Origin: a virus
Direction: 5' to 3' (one strand)
IMG/VR virus record: IMGVR_UViG_3300045988_119718
Span: 96,001-160,000 of that record
DNA: 64,000 nucleotides
Each line of letters begins with the position of its first letter. The first letter of the stretch is position 1. Made by a program: the position numbers and the translations under genes. The notes under the pieces were generated by a model. The model was not told the DNA's origin. It saw only the letters and a program-made list of their open reading frames with translations, and made no database searches. Below, in pieces: positions 1-8,940 of the stretch.

Positions 1-1008
1 ACTATTAAACAAGTTAAGCATCAAACTATAGTGCTTACTTATAGAAATAAAAAGTACTATTCTGATACTATAGTTGAAAATAATGAAGATTATACTGTAG
101 AATTAATACCAGACCCTGGATATACTGCTACTTCATTAATTATTAATGGTAAAACTATAAATAGCTTAAAGTATACTGGTAAAGCTGCTGAAGATCTAAC
201 TATAACAGCAGTACAATCACAAGCAGGTACAGATTCTAACTATTTAGAATTTATATTTAAAGAATTTGATTCTAGAATAGAAAGATTTAGTAATAGTGAT
301 GGGAAATTATTAGTAGGTACTCTACAAGAGGTTACAACCATTATTAACCCAGATAAAAACATATGTGAAATTACTATTATACAGTCTGCTAATCAGACCA
401 TCCATGTATATATACCATACAAAGGCGGTACTGACCACACATCTTCCTTTACTTGTCCGTTAGGTACAACCTATGAAGTAGAGGTTATAGCTGATAAGGG
501 ATATATAGCTGGTACACCGAATACCAAGGTAGGAACAATTAATAGCAATATGTCTATTGATGCTAGCCCTGCTGTAAAGCCTCAAATATATATAGCTAAA
601 GGTAGTAGTGGTGGATGGTATAATAAAGTAAACGAAACAATGGAGTGGAAGGATAAATCTCATGTAATTAAAGTAGATGAATCTATACCAGGACAAGCTA
701 CAGTTATCTGTGATGGTAATATAACTAATATGAAGTATATGTTCTATGCATGTAACAACCTCACTTCAATAGACTTATCTAACTTTGATACATCTAATGT
801 AACTAACATGGGCATGATGTTCTTTGGCTGTGATAATCTTACTACTATTAAAGGTGTATTCGATATGAAGTCTTGCACAAATTATGCCGGTATGTTTGCG
901 ACATGTACTAAACTTACTAATGCTAAGATTAAAAATCCGCCAAAGGATACTGATTGGTGGAAAAATGCTGGATTTAACTCTACATCTCAGTTCACTATAG
1001 TATCATAA
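1..1008 (+). CDS. Tail-fibre / receptor-binding protein (5' end truncated by the window edge). Contains a beta-sandwich repeat module (IQSANQTIHVY..GGTDHTSSFTC..GTTYEVEVIA..GY.AG) followed by C-terminal BspA-type leucine-rich repeats.
   Basis: The frame is open back to position 1 (TIKQVKHQTIV...). The repeat module is shared with at least 6 other ORFs in the window. The LRR consensus NLTSIDLSNFDTSNVTNM.. is present. The C-terminus ...KIKNPP....QFTIVS matches ORF 44919..45674. Confidence 0.6.
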   Translation, partial: TIKQVKHQTIVLTYRNKKYYSDTIVENNEDYTVELIPDPGYTATSLIINGKTINSLKYTGKAAEDLTITAVQSQAGTDSNYLEFIFKEFDSRIERFSNSDGKLLVGTLQEVTTIINPDKNICEITIIQSANQTIHVYIPYKGGTDHTSSFTCPLGTTYEVEVIADKGYIAGTPNTKVGTINSNMSIDASPAVKPQIYIAKGSSGGWYNKVNETMEWKDKSHVIKVDESIPGQATVICDGNITNMKYMFYACNNLTSIDLSNFDTSNVTNMGMMFFGCDNLTTIKGVFDMKSCTNYAGMFATCTKLTNAKIKNPPKDTDWWKNAGFNSTSQFTIVS

Positions 1009-1040
1009 GTATAGATTTTTTTTAAAAGGATTTATAAATT

Positions 1041-1838
1041 ATGGCAACAGTAAATATTAAACAACCAAAGAATGCAACTATCCACGTATATACCCCTCAG
1101 AAAAATGGAGGGGTAGATCATACCTCTACTTTTACAGTAGATGAAAATACTGCATATGAAGCAGAGGTTATTGGTGATAGTGGATACTTACCTGGGGATT
1201 TAGGCGTAGGTATTGAAAGAGAAGTTGCTTCTAAAGATTTAAAATATATTTATCTATATAAAAAAAATAAAATTAAAACTACTCCATTATTATTTGGGCA
1301 TAATGATAATTTATTTGTATCTTCATTATATGACCCGAGTAATATAATTTATAGTGGTAACACTAATAACCCAAAGCTTACCAATAATAAATTTATACAA
1401 CCTGAGATATTGAAGTATTATGGGTTTGATTATTTATTTGGATACTTTGACGAATTAGAGGGAAGTTCTATTAGTAGTGCAACTGTTCCTGTTAAAAACT
1501 CTAATTATAGGCTAACTATAAGATTATTAGGGTTTAATCTATTTAAAATGAGTAAGAATTCTAATAAGAAAACTGGTAGATGGGTTATAGGATTTAATAA
1601 AATCGATAATCTGACTATTAATTCTATAACTATGCGTATAGCTGATAGTAATGGTAATGAAATAGCTGTAATTAAAGATTTTAGATATTTAAATGCTATT
1701 CCTGGGGATACCAATAATAGTAATAGAGTACAGATATATTGCACTAGCTCATCGATAAATAATGAATTAGACCCAACCTATTTATACTTATTAGCTAATA
1801 AATCTAATATAGTTAAAGTAGGGTTAGTAGTAGAATAA
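1041..1838 (+). CDS. Putative tail-fibre protein: N-terminal copy of the repeat module joined to an unrelated C-terminal domain.
   Basis: N-terminus NATIHVYTPQKNGGVDHTSTFTV..AYEAEVIGDSGYLPG. An AAAGGA ribosome-binding site lies upstream of the ATG. Confidence 0.45.
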   Translation: MATVNIKQPKNATIHVYTPQKNGGVDHTSTFTVDENTAYEAEVIGDSGYLPGDLGVGIEREVASKDLKYIYLYKKNKIKTTPLLFGHNDNLFVSSLYDPSNIIYSGNTNNPKLTNNKFIQPEILKYYGFDYLFGYFDELEGSSISSATVPVKNSNYRLTIRLLGFNLFKMSKNSNKKTGRWVIGFNKIDNLTINSITMRIADSNGNEIAVIKDFRYLNAIPGDTNNSNRVQIYCTSSSINNELDPTYLYLLANKSNIVKVGLVVE

Positions 1839-1849
1839 AGGAGGATTAA

Positions 1850-3838
1850 ATGGCTAAAAAAGATCTATATTATAATAATAATGAATCTACTAAACAAATT
1901 ATAACAGAAGTAGAATTAGATAACCATAATACTTCTGATAATGCTCATAAAGAAAAATTTGATAAATATACATTACATACTCCTACTGGAATATGGGATG
2001 CAGTATATCAATTAGGCCCAAATTATAGATTTACTGATCAATCTACTAAAGGATTTGCTAAGTTAGGATTATTTGCATCAGTATATGATACTAAAGACGT
2101 ATTTGAATATCAACCTTCTCAGTTTGGCACTTTATTAAATTTACCTACTACTATAAAAGATAGTAATTTTATTACAGTTACCCAGTTATGGTTTGACCAA
2201 TCTGGGGATTTATTTATTAGAACTGGTACTGTAAATAATCCTATTAATAAACTTCAATTTACTAAAGTAACTTTAATGACTGATGTATTTAATAAATATG
2301 GCAATGAATTCCCAGCTACTAATTTAGTTCCTGGTATGTTATTTTATAGGGCTGATGAAAATAAATTATATGTATATGTGCCTAGTGATAGTAACTCTAA
2401 CTGGAAGATGATTTATGATTTAAATAAAGATGCTAATATAGCAGATGGCTTGTCTCATGCTTGGTATAAATTAGACAATTCTACTAATGATACCAGTATA
2501 CCTAAACTAGCAGAGTCTGAAAACATGAATACGTATATTAAACCTGGTGTATACTCATGCATTTCTGGGCAGATAGCAGGTACTTTAGTAAATAAACCAT
2601 CTGGGGCAAATAGTAACTTTAGATTAATTGTAGAAGAAAATACTCCTGGATATGGAGTACAAAAAGTATTTACTAATAATCCTTGTAAAATTTTTATAAG
2701 AGGCTTTAATACTACTAATAATAAAACTACATTTACAGATTGGAAAACTTTAGTAAATAGCACAGATACAATTTTAAATGCAGAAACAGCAACTAGAGAT
2801 AGTGCTGGTAATGTAATAAAAGATACTTATGTTAAGAAATCTGGAGATATCATGACTGGTGGTATTATCTTTAGTAAATCTGCCACTGGTAATAACTATG
2901 TAGGCCCTGGTGAAGGGGATGTAAGTGATGCTGTAGTTGCTAATCAATCTAATTTAGCAATTAATGGATGGCAGACAGTTGGTGTTAGAAAATCTAGCAG
3001 TGACCCATATACAATTAGTATGAATACTAGAACTGGTGATATCCATACTAAAGGTAGCATCAAAGGAGATAGCACCGCTACATTTACTGGTGCTGTAACT
3101 GCACCTACATTTAATGGTCATGCATCTGAAGCTAGTAAAGTATTAGCAACCAATATTTCTCAAGATACAGTATTGATGGAATCTATCCAAACTGATGGGG
3201 ATGGCTCCAGAATTGTCATAACAGGCGTTGGAGACCATCATGATGGTTGTCATTTAAAATTTCAATTAAACAACTCCGATCCTGGTAATATTGGTAGTCA
3301 AGCAAGCTTCTACCTTGAGCAGTACCATGATAATTATCATACATTAGAAAGTAGGGCTACTCTATTAGATTATGCACATAATACGTCTTTCCCAGGGGTA
3401 TTAACCGCAGCTAGAGTAGTAAATGCTCAGTATAATGACTATGCAGAATTCTTTGAACGTGGCGAAGAAACTGAAGCTGGAGATATTATAGCTTTAGATT
3501 TATCATCTGATGAAGAAAGATATGTTAAAGCTACTCCAAAGAATAGAGTTATAGTAGGAATTCACTCTGATGAATATGCCCATATCATTGGTGGTGAAAA
3601 AGATAAAACCTTAGAAGAGAACTTAAAGAATTTCATTCCTGTTGCATTAGCAGGTCGTGTACATGTTAAAGTATCTGGTGTAGTATATAAAGGGGATAGA
3701 ATTGTTATTAGTAATGGTATGCCTGGTATTGGTATAGCTCTTACTAATAATTCTACTTCTAATAAACAAGTAATTGGTATAGCATTAGAGAATAAATATA
3801 ATCTTGGTATAGGTAAGATTAGATTATTGCTGAAGTGA
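1850..3838 (+). CDS. Tail-fibre protein (662 aa) with a conserved C-terminal domain shared with ORF 29345..30418.
   Basis: Strong RBS AAGGAGG. The C-terminal ~110 aa (YNDYAEFFERGEETEAGDIIALDL...HSDEYAHIIGG..EENLKNFIPVALAGRVHVK) is nearly identical in architecture to the C-terminus of 29345..30418. Confidence 0.55.
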   Translation: MAKKDLYYNNNESTKQIITEVELDNHNTSDNAHKEKFDKYTLHTPTGIWDAVYQLGPNYRFTDQSTKGFAKLGLFASVYDTKDVFEYQPSQFGTLLNLPTTIKDSNFITVTQLWFDQSGDLFIRTGTVNNPINKLQFTKVTLMTDVFNKYGNEFPATNLVPGMLFYRADENKLYVYVPSDSNSNWKMIYDLNKDANIADGLSHAWYKLDNSTNDTSIPKLAESENMNTYIKPGVYSCISGQIAGTLVNKPSGANSNFRLIVEENTPGYGVQKVFTNNPCKIFIRGFNTTNNKTTFTDWKTLVNSTDTILNAETATRDSAGNVIKDTYVKKSGDIMTGGIIFSKSATGNNYVGPGEGDVSDAVVANQSNLAINGWQTVGVRKSSSDPYTISMNTRTGDIHTKGSIKGDSTATFTGAVTAPTFNGHASEASKVLATNISQDTVLMESIQTDGDGSRIVITGVGDHHDGCHLKFQLNNSDPGNIGSQASFYLEQYHDNYHTLESRATLLDYAHNTSFPGVLTAARVVNAQYNDYAEFFERGEETEAGDIIALDLSSDEERYVKATPKNRVIVGIHSDEYAHIIGGEKDKTLEENLKNFIPVALAGRVHVKVSGVVYKGDRIVISNGMPGIGIALTNNSTSNKQVIGIALENKYNLGIGKIRLLLK

Positions 3839-3839
3839 G

Positions 3840-5228
3840 GTGAAACTAATAATGGCTGATGATAATATTAAAAGTACTGTAATAAGAAAAGCAAGAGTAT
3901 CATTTGTTAAAGATAATACCCAGAATATTATCCATTATGAAACCGATGCTGATTGTGTTAAAAATCTTAATACGGCTATAGTAAACGGTGTAACTAATGT
4001 ATTTAATAATGATGATACTATTAGAGATATTATTACTAATATAGCTTTAGGTGGTGCTGATTTAAAATCTTATGCTAAATTAGATTCACCTAGTTTTATA
4101 GGAGAACCTAAAGCTCCTACTCCTATTACTTCTGATAACTCTCTTAAAATAGCAAATACAAAATTTGTAAATAATAAGATAGCAGAAATACGTGGTAATA
4201 CTATTGACAGAAACGATTTAAATAATTATGTAAATAAAACTGGTAATGATACTATTACTGGGTTAAAAACTTTTAATACAGATATTAATACTTCTGATAC
4301 TAGTACTATATACTGGAAAACTGGTAATACTACGGTAGCTAGTATAAATAAGACAAATTACACTGGCACAGCTGATAAAGCAGTTAAAGATCAAAATGGA
4401 AATATCATTAATTCTACATATGCTACTAAGGCTGAATTAAATAATAAACAAAATACTTTAACTTTTGATACTACTCCTAAAGCTGGGAGTACTAATCCAG
4501 TAACTAGTGGTGGTATATATAATGCTATTAAAGCATCTGGCAGTATAAGCGGTGATAGTTTAGCTGTAGTAGCTAAAACTGGTAGTTATACAGACTTAAT
4601 TAATACTCCGAGTTTAGCTACAGATTCTACATTAGGATTTACTAAGTTATATAGTTCTTCTGGTTCTAGAAGTGATGGTACTATTACACAAGCTGGTATT
4701 ACTGAGCTTTTGTCATATAAATTAGATAGAGAAAACTTATCTCCTATAGCGTTAAGTGGTGAATGGTCAGATATTTACAATGTACCTGTAGCTAGTGATA
4801 CTACCCAAGGTATTACTAAGCTCTATTCTACAACAGGTACAAACACTGACGGTGCCATATCTCAATACGGTATAAATAATATATTAGCTAATTATGCTAA
4901 GCTAACTGATATTACAGCTGCATATAGATATAAAGGAACTGTAGATAATTATAGTAATTTACCAACTGCACATAAAATAGGTGATGTATATAATATCAAA
5001 AATGCAGATGCTGCTAATAATATTAAAGCTGGGGATAATGTAGTATGGAATGGTACTGAATGGGATAATTTATCTGGTGTTGTAGATTTATCTGCATACT
5101 GTACTAAAGCTGAGTTAGATAAAAAAGCTAACATAGAATCTCCTACATTTACTGGTACTGCAACTGCAAGTAATCTTACAGTTACTAACTCTCTTAATAT
5201 TCCAGGTGGCAAAATCTGGATAGAATGA
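3840..5228 (+). CDS. Tail-fibre protein (462 aa) with Thr/Ser/Asn-rich fibre repeats and the conserved C-terminal tip ...LNIPGGKIWIE.
   Basis: The C-terminal ~25 aa are shared with minus-strand ORF 27220..28506. The low-complexity composition is typical of fibre proteins. Confidence 0.55.
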   Translation: MKLIMADDNIKSTVIRKARVSFVKDNTQNIIHYETDADCVKNLNTAIVNGVTNVFNNDDTIRDIITNIALGGADLKSYAKLDSPSFIGEPKAPTPITSDNSLKIANTKFVNNKIAEIRGNTIDRNDLNNYVNKTGNDTITGLKTFNTDINTSDTSTIYWKTGNTTVASINKTNYTGTADKAVKDQNGNIINSTYATKAELNNKQNTLTFDTTPKAGSTNPVTSGGIYNAIKASGSISGDSLAVVAKTGSYTDLINTPSLATDSTLGFTKLYSSSGSRSDGTITQAGITELLSYKLDRENLSPIALSGEWSDIYNVPVASDTTQGITKLYSTTGTNTDGAISQYGINNILANYAKLTDITAAYRYKGTVDNYSNLPTAHKIGDVYNIKNADAANNIKAGDNVVWNGTEWDNLSGVVDLSAYCTKAELDKKANIESPTFTGTATASNLTVTNSLNIPGGKIWIE

Positions 5229-5243
5229 TAAAAAATAAAATAT

Positions 5244-5275
5244 ATTCTAGATAGCTCATATGAGCTATCTAGAAT
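5244..5275. terminator. Bidirectional rho-independent terminator between convergent genes.
   Basis: Perfect hairpin ATTCTAGATAGCTCATATGAGCTATCTAGAAT with A/T runs on both sides. Confidence 0.5.
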
Positions 5276-5298
5276 ATATAAGTTCAATTAATCGGAAA

Positions 5299-5715
5299 TT
5301 ATTTTTTTACAAGTTTAAATATACCATTTCTATTTTTTAAATTATACTCTTTGCATTTTTGTGCTAGCTCATTAAATTCGTCATCATATACTTGATAATC
5401 TAGTAATATAAGTTCTGCATAAACATTGCCTAGTGTCCATGTCGCACGCCTGTTTCTAAACTGTTTCATTATCCATCTTTGCTTGTCTTTAGACTCATTC
5501 ATTCCAAAAGCATTTCTCATTCTTTCATAAAAAGATGGAAATTCTTCTACTTCTTTCTTTGACATATGATAAGCTATAGACAAATTATAATGTCTAGGCT
5601 CAATATGCCGGTCAAGTAAACGTATATAAACCTTGATGTCATTATATTCTCTTTCGGTCATTAATAATTCAAAAACATAATGCTCTTTATCATATGACTC
5701 ATCTTTAATTATCAT
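5299..5715 (-). CDS. Hypothetical protein (138 aa).
   Basis: ORF only; no motif recognised. Confidence 0.4.
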   Translation of the reverse strand: MIIKDESYDKEHYVFELLMTEREYNDIKVYIRLLDRHIEPRHYNLSIAYHMSKKEVEEFPSFYERMRNAFGMNESKDKQRWIMKQFRNRRATWTLGNVYAELILLDYQVYDDEFNELAQKCKEYNLKNRNGIFKLVKK

Positions 5716-5762
5716 AGCATACCTTCCCTATAACTTAGTAAGTTTTAGCTTGCTTAATTAGT

Positions 5763-6311
5763 TTAATCGTATTCTCGCGATAGATCTAATCTTTTAAGAT
5801 CAATACAATAAATCTGATTTTTATCTACACTTTTATCTAAAAAATAGTATAAAGATTTATTATCAATATTTAATTGAAACTCATTATTATTTTGTAATTC
5901 ACTCATCAGTTTATCCTTATCAATATATTCACTTATATTTTTGAAGCATTTAGATGATACAATATAATCAACTAGATCTCCCCAATTTTTAAAATTGCTT
6001 TCATAAATTATATTATTATTAGTATTTATATTTAAAACACCAATTATGCTTTCACAGTTATATTTGTTTACTAGTTCTTTATGGATAAAATAAAAATCTG
6101 ATAATACAAATAATCTGATGGCATCAAAACTGTTCATACACTCTAATCGCTTAATTAACTCAAAAAAGCATTCATAATTATTACTATATACAAACGATTC
6201 TATATTGCATTTTATAGTTTTATCTTTATCCTCATTAGTAATATATAGAGTATTTGGTAAACCTACATCATAATCGCCTGTTTTGATATGCAACCCATTC
6301 ATAAAATGCAA
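5763..6311 (-). CDS. Hypothetical protein (182 aa).
   Basis: ORF only. Confidence 0.4.
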   Translation of the reverse strand: MHFMNGLHIKTGDYDVGLPNTLYITNEDKDKTIKCNIESFVYSNNYECFFELIKRLECMNSFDAIRLFVLSDFYFIHKELVNKYNCESIIGVLNINTNNNIIYESNFKNWGDLVDYIVSSKCFKNISEYIDKDKLMSELQNNNEFQLNIDNKSLYYFLDKSVDKNQIYCIDLKRLDLSREYD

Positions 6312-6320
6312 ATCAATATT

Positions 6321-6418
6321 TATGATGTTATTTTTGCCTTCATCGGTATTAACTTGAGATTTTTAGCAAAAACCTTAGCTGCGATTTCCCAATGTCCTTC
6401 TTGAAAAGTAGGAATCAT
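6321..6418 (-). CDS. Small ORF (32 aa, MIPTFQEGHWEIAAKVFAKNLKLIPMKAKITS) with a strong RBS.
   Basis: AAGGAGGG lies 7 nt upstream of the ATG in an otherwise non-coding gap. It is below the ORF-track length cutoff. Confidence 0.3.
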
Positions 6419-6444
6419 TATAAACCCTCCTTTATAAAATAATA

Positions 6445-6480
6445 ATATATATGAATAGCAATATTGCTATTCATATATAT
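6445..6480. terminator. Perfect 18+18 bp palindrome (ATATATATGAATAGCAAT|ATTGCTATTCATATATAT); terminator or operator.
   Basis: It lies immediately 3' of the minus-strand gene 6511..6960, in AT-rich context. Confidence 0.4.
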
Positions 6481-6510
6481 TATATGCAAATGAAAAAATA
6501 TTTTAAGAAA

Positions 6511-6960
6511 CTATTCTACAATGTACCAATCCTTAGACAACAAATCTGCTTGAGATGCTAACCATCCTAACTGTACTCCAGAAGTACCTACAAAAGCAAT
6601 TACTTTATTACCAGAAGTATCATGCTTAGCATTAATAAGATTACCATTACCATCGATATAGCTTGCATTATGTACTAATTCAATATACTGATTCTTGCCG
6701 TTCCATGCTTTTCTAGCACAACGTTCACCTACTTCAAGAGCAGTAATTGCTTCTCCAATACTCATACCAGTAGTTTTATCTTTTAAAGGAGTATAAAGTT
6801 CTTTAAAAATATCTGGCTTACATGGATACTGTTCTCCTTTAATACCTGTAATAATATAATCCCCTACACTAGCTTTCATATCTCCTTCTAATGTATGAAT
6901 AATCTTTTCTTCAAAAGTCTGATATGCTTCAATAATAAATGGTTTCTTTTGATATTTCAT
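6511..6960 (-). CDS. Hypothetical protein (149 aa).
   Basis: ORF only. Confidence 0.4.
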   Translation of the reverse strand: MKYQKKPFIIEAYQTFEEKIIHTLEGDMKASVGDYIITGIKGEQYPCKPDIFKELYTPLKDKTTGMSIGEAITALEVGERCARKAWNGKNQYIELVHNASYIDGNGNLINAKHDTSGNKVIAFVGTSGVQLGWLASQADLLSKDWYIVE

Positions 6961-6962
6961 GA

Positions 6963-8060
6963 TTAAACTCCTTTTGATACAATATCTTTCATAATCTTAT
7001 ATACTGTATTAGTAATTCTCTTAGTGCATTTATCACTCCTTTCAGATAATGTAGGAATATTTGAAATCATATACAAATTCATATTGATGAAATATGGTTC
7101 TACTACATCACCTGTAGATAAATCCATTGTATTAGAAGCTAAAGATAATAATACTACGATAGATCTAGAAAATCTATGGTCTTTATCATTCTTAATAATC
7201 CATTCAAATATATCTTTATCTTCAGGCTTATTCTTAGCCAATAAACCAATAATTAAAGAAGTATACAATGGAATATTATCACAATTTGTAGTTTTAGATT
7301 CTTTATCTGCAACGTCTTGTTTTAAATGATGCCTAATAAGCATATTAACTCTAGATACATGTCTCTTATATCTCTTATCAGAACATTCTTTAATAAGTTT
7401 ACTAAGAGTTATCTTTTTGACTTGTTCAATGAGAGATTCTAAAGTTAAAGCTCTCTTATAAGCTTCTCTACCAATAGAATATTCATTCTTTTCTTTTTCT
7501 TCCAAAAATTCCAAGTCTTCAGTAATACCAAATAAATCATTGTTATGATTAAACCAAGTTCTAAGAATTTCATCAGTATCTACATCGGTGGAAATATCTT
7601 TTACTTTATTAGCAAATTCCATGTTTTCATACATCATATAGGTACTATAAGCTCTAAATAAGATATAAGACTTAATAGCTTTATTTCTTTCTTTCTTATC
7701 TTTAATATCAGAAATATTAAGTTCTTCAGCAAGTATCTTAGCTAAGAAATCTTTATCAATATAATTTTCTACATCTAACTTATCTTCTTTATCATATTCT
7801 AGTTCTCTAGCAATTTTATAAACCTTAATGTCATCTTCGGTAGCTTCTACTTCTTTTAATTGCTCATCACTTAATTCTGGAATAGTAAAGTTTTCAATAT
7901 CTTTTTCAGTTAATGTTTTCTTAATAAGTTCATCAATTTCATCAGCATATTGAATTTTAACATCTTCTATTTCTTTATTACCCGCTTCAATAACATCTTT
8001 AATAGATTTGGTTTTAGTTACTTCTTCTTCCATAATAGTCTCCTTATAACTGTTTATCAA
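6963..8060 (-). CDS. Hypothetical acidic protein (365 aa).
   Basis: ORF, Glu/Asp/Lys-rich. It overlaps the stop of the upstream gene, consistent with translational coupling. Confidence 0.4.
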   Translation of the reverse strand: MINSYKETIMEEEVTKTKSIKDVIEAGNKEIEDVKIQYADEIDELIKKTLTEKDIENFTIPELSDEQLKEVEATEDDIKVYKIARELEYDKEDKLDVENYIDKDFLAKILAEELNISDIKDKKERNKAIKSYILFRAYSTYMMYENMEFANKVKDISTDVDTDEILRTWFNHNNDLFGITEDLEFLEEKEKNEYSIGREAYKRALTLESLIEQVKKITLSKLIKECSDKRYKRHVSRVNMLIRHHLKQDVADKESKTTNCDNIPLYTSLIIGLLAKNKPEDKDIFEWIIKNDKDHRFSRSIVVLLSLASNTMDLSTGDVVEPYFINMNLYMISNIPTLSERSDKCTKRITNTVYKIMKDIVSKGV

Positions 8061-8856
8061 AAATATTAGCTTTATTTATGGTGAAATTCTTTTGTAATTC
8101 CATTTTTACAGAGTTTACTAAGGATGGTGAAATTAAATCATTAGTAAGAATTGGTAGAATTAAAATTCTAAATAAATCAGCGGATGAATCAATATACTGA
8201 AGAAGATAATTCATTCTTACAATTTCATCAGCTGAAGTATAGATATAACTTAATGTAGTTCTAGAATCAAAATCTAACGCTGTAATAAAATCAATACAAG
8301 AATACAATTTAGCACTAATAATGGCTAAAGTATCATTAGAATAATATTGTCTATTATACATAGTAGATATATCTTTAGATTTCTTGTTCTTAATAAGATC
8401 TAATTGATTATAGATAAAATCTTTCTGATTTACAATAAAATTATATAAGAACTTGAATACATATTCATTATAATTAGAAATAAACAAATCAAAGATAATA
8501 GAGGCTAAATATCTTATGTCTACAGAATCTGTATCTTCAATAGTAAACTGAACTCCAGAATTATTAGAAATTCTACTAATAATTTCTAAATAAGTTTTAT
8601 TTCTAGTATAAATAATATTGTCTTTATCAGAAGGAAATTGATCTAATAGTTGTTTGAATGAATACTCTAATTCATCTATAAAATTAGGCTTAGAGATTAA
8701 AGAAAAAGAATTATATCTTTCTCTCATAAGATCATCAACCACATCATAAGTATATGATGAATTAAAATTCGACAGAATAGTAGACAGCTCGCCTTCTGCT
8801 ACTAATGAATATGCTTTATCGACACCATTGACTTCCATAATAAACCTCCATGCCAT
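8044..8856 (-). CDS. Hypothetical protein (270 aa).
   Basis: ORF only. Confidence 0.4.
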   Translation of the reverse strand: MAWRFIMEVNGVDKAYSLVAEGELSTILSNFNSSYTYDVVDDLMRERYNSFSLISKPNFIDELEYSFKQLLDQFPSDKDNIIYTRNKTYLEIISRISNNSGVQFTIEDTDSVDIRYLASIIFDLFISNYNEYVFKFLYNFIVNQKDFIYNQLDLIKNKKSKDISTMYNRQYYSNDTLAIISAKLYSCIDFITALDFDSRTTLSYIYTSADEIVRMNYLLQYIDSSADLFRILILPILTNDLISPSLVNSVKMELQKNFTINKANIFDKQL

Positions 8857-8940
8857 GTAAAGAAATCCTTCCCATTATAATATAGTAAAATAATGAATTA
8901 AAATGAATATAGAGATACCTCTATATGAGGTATCTCTAAT

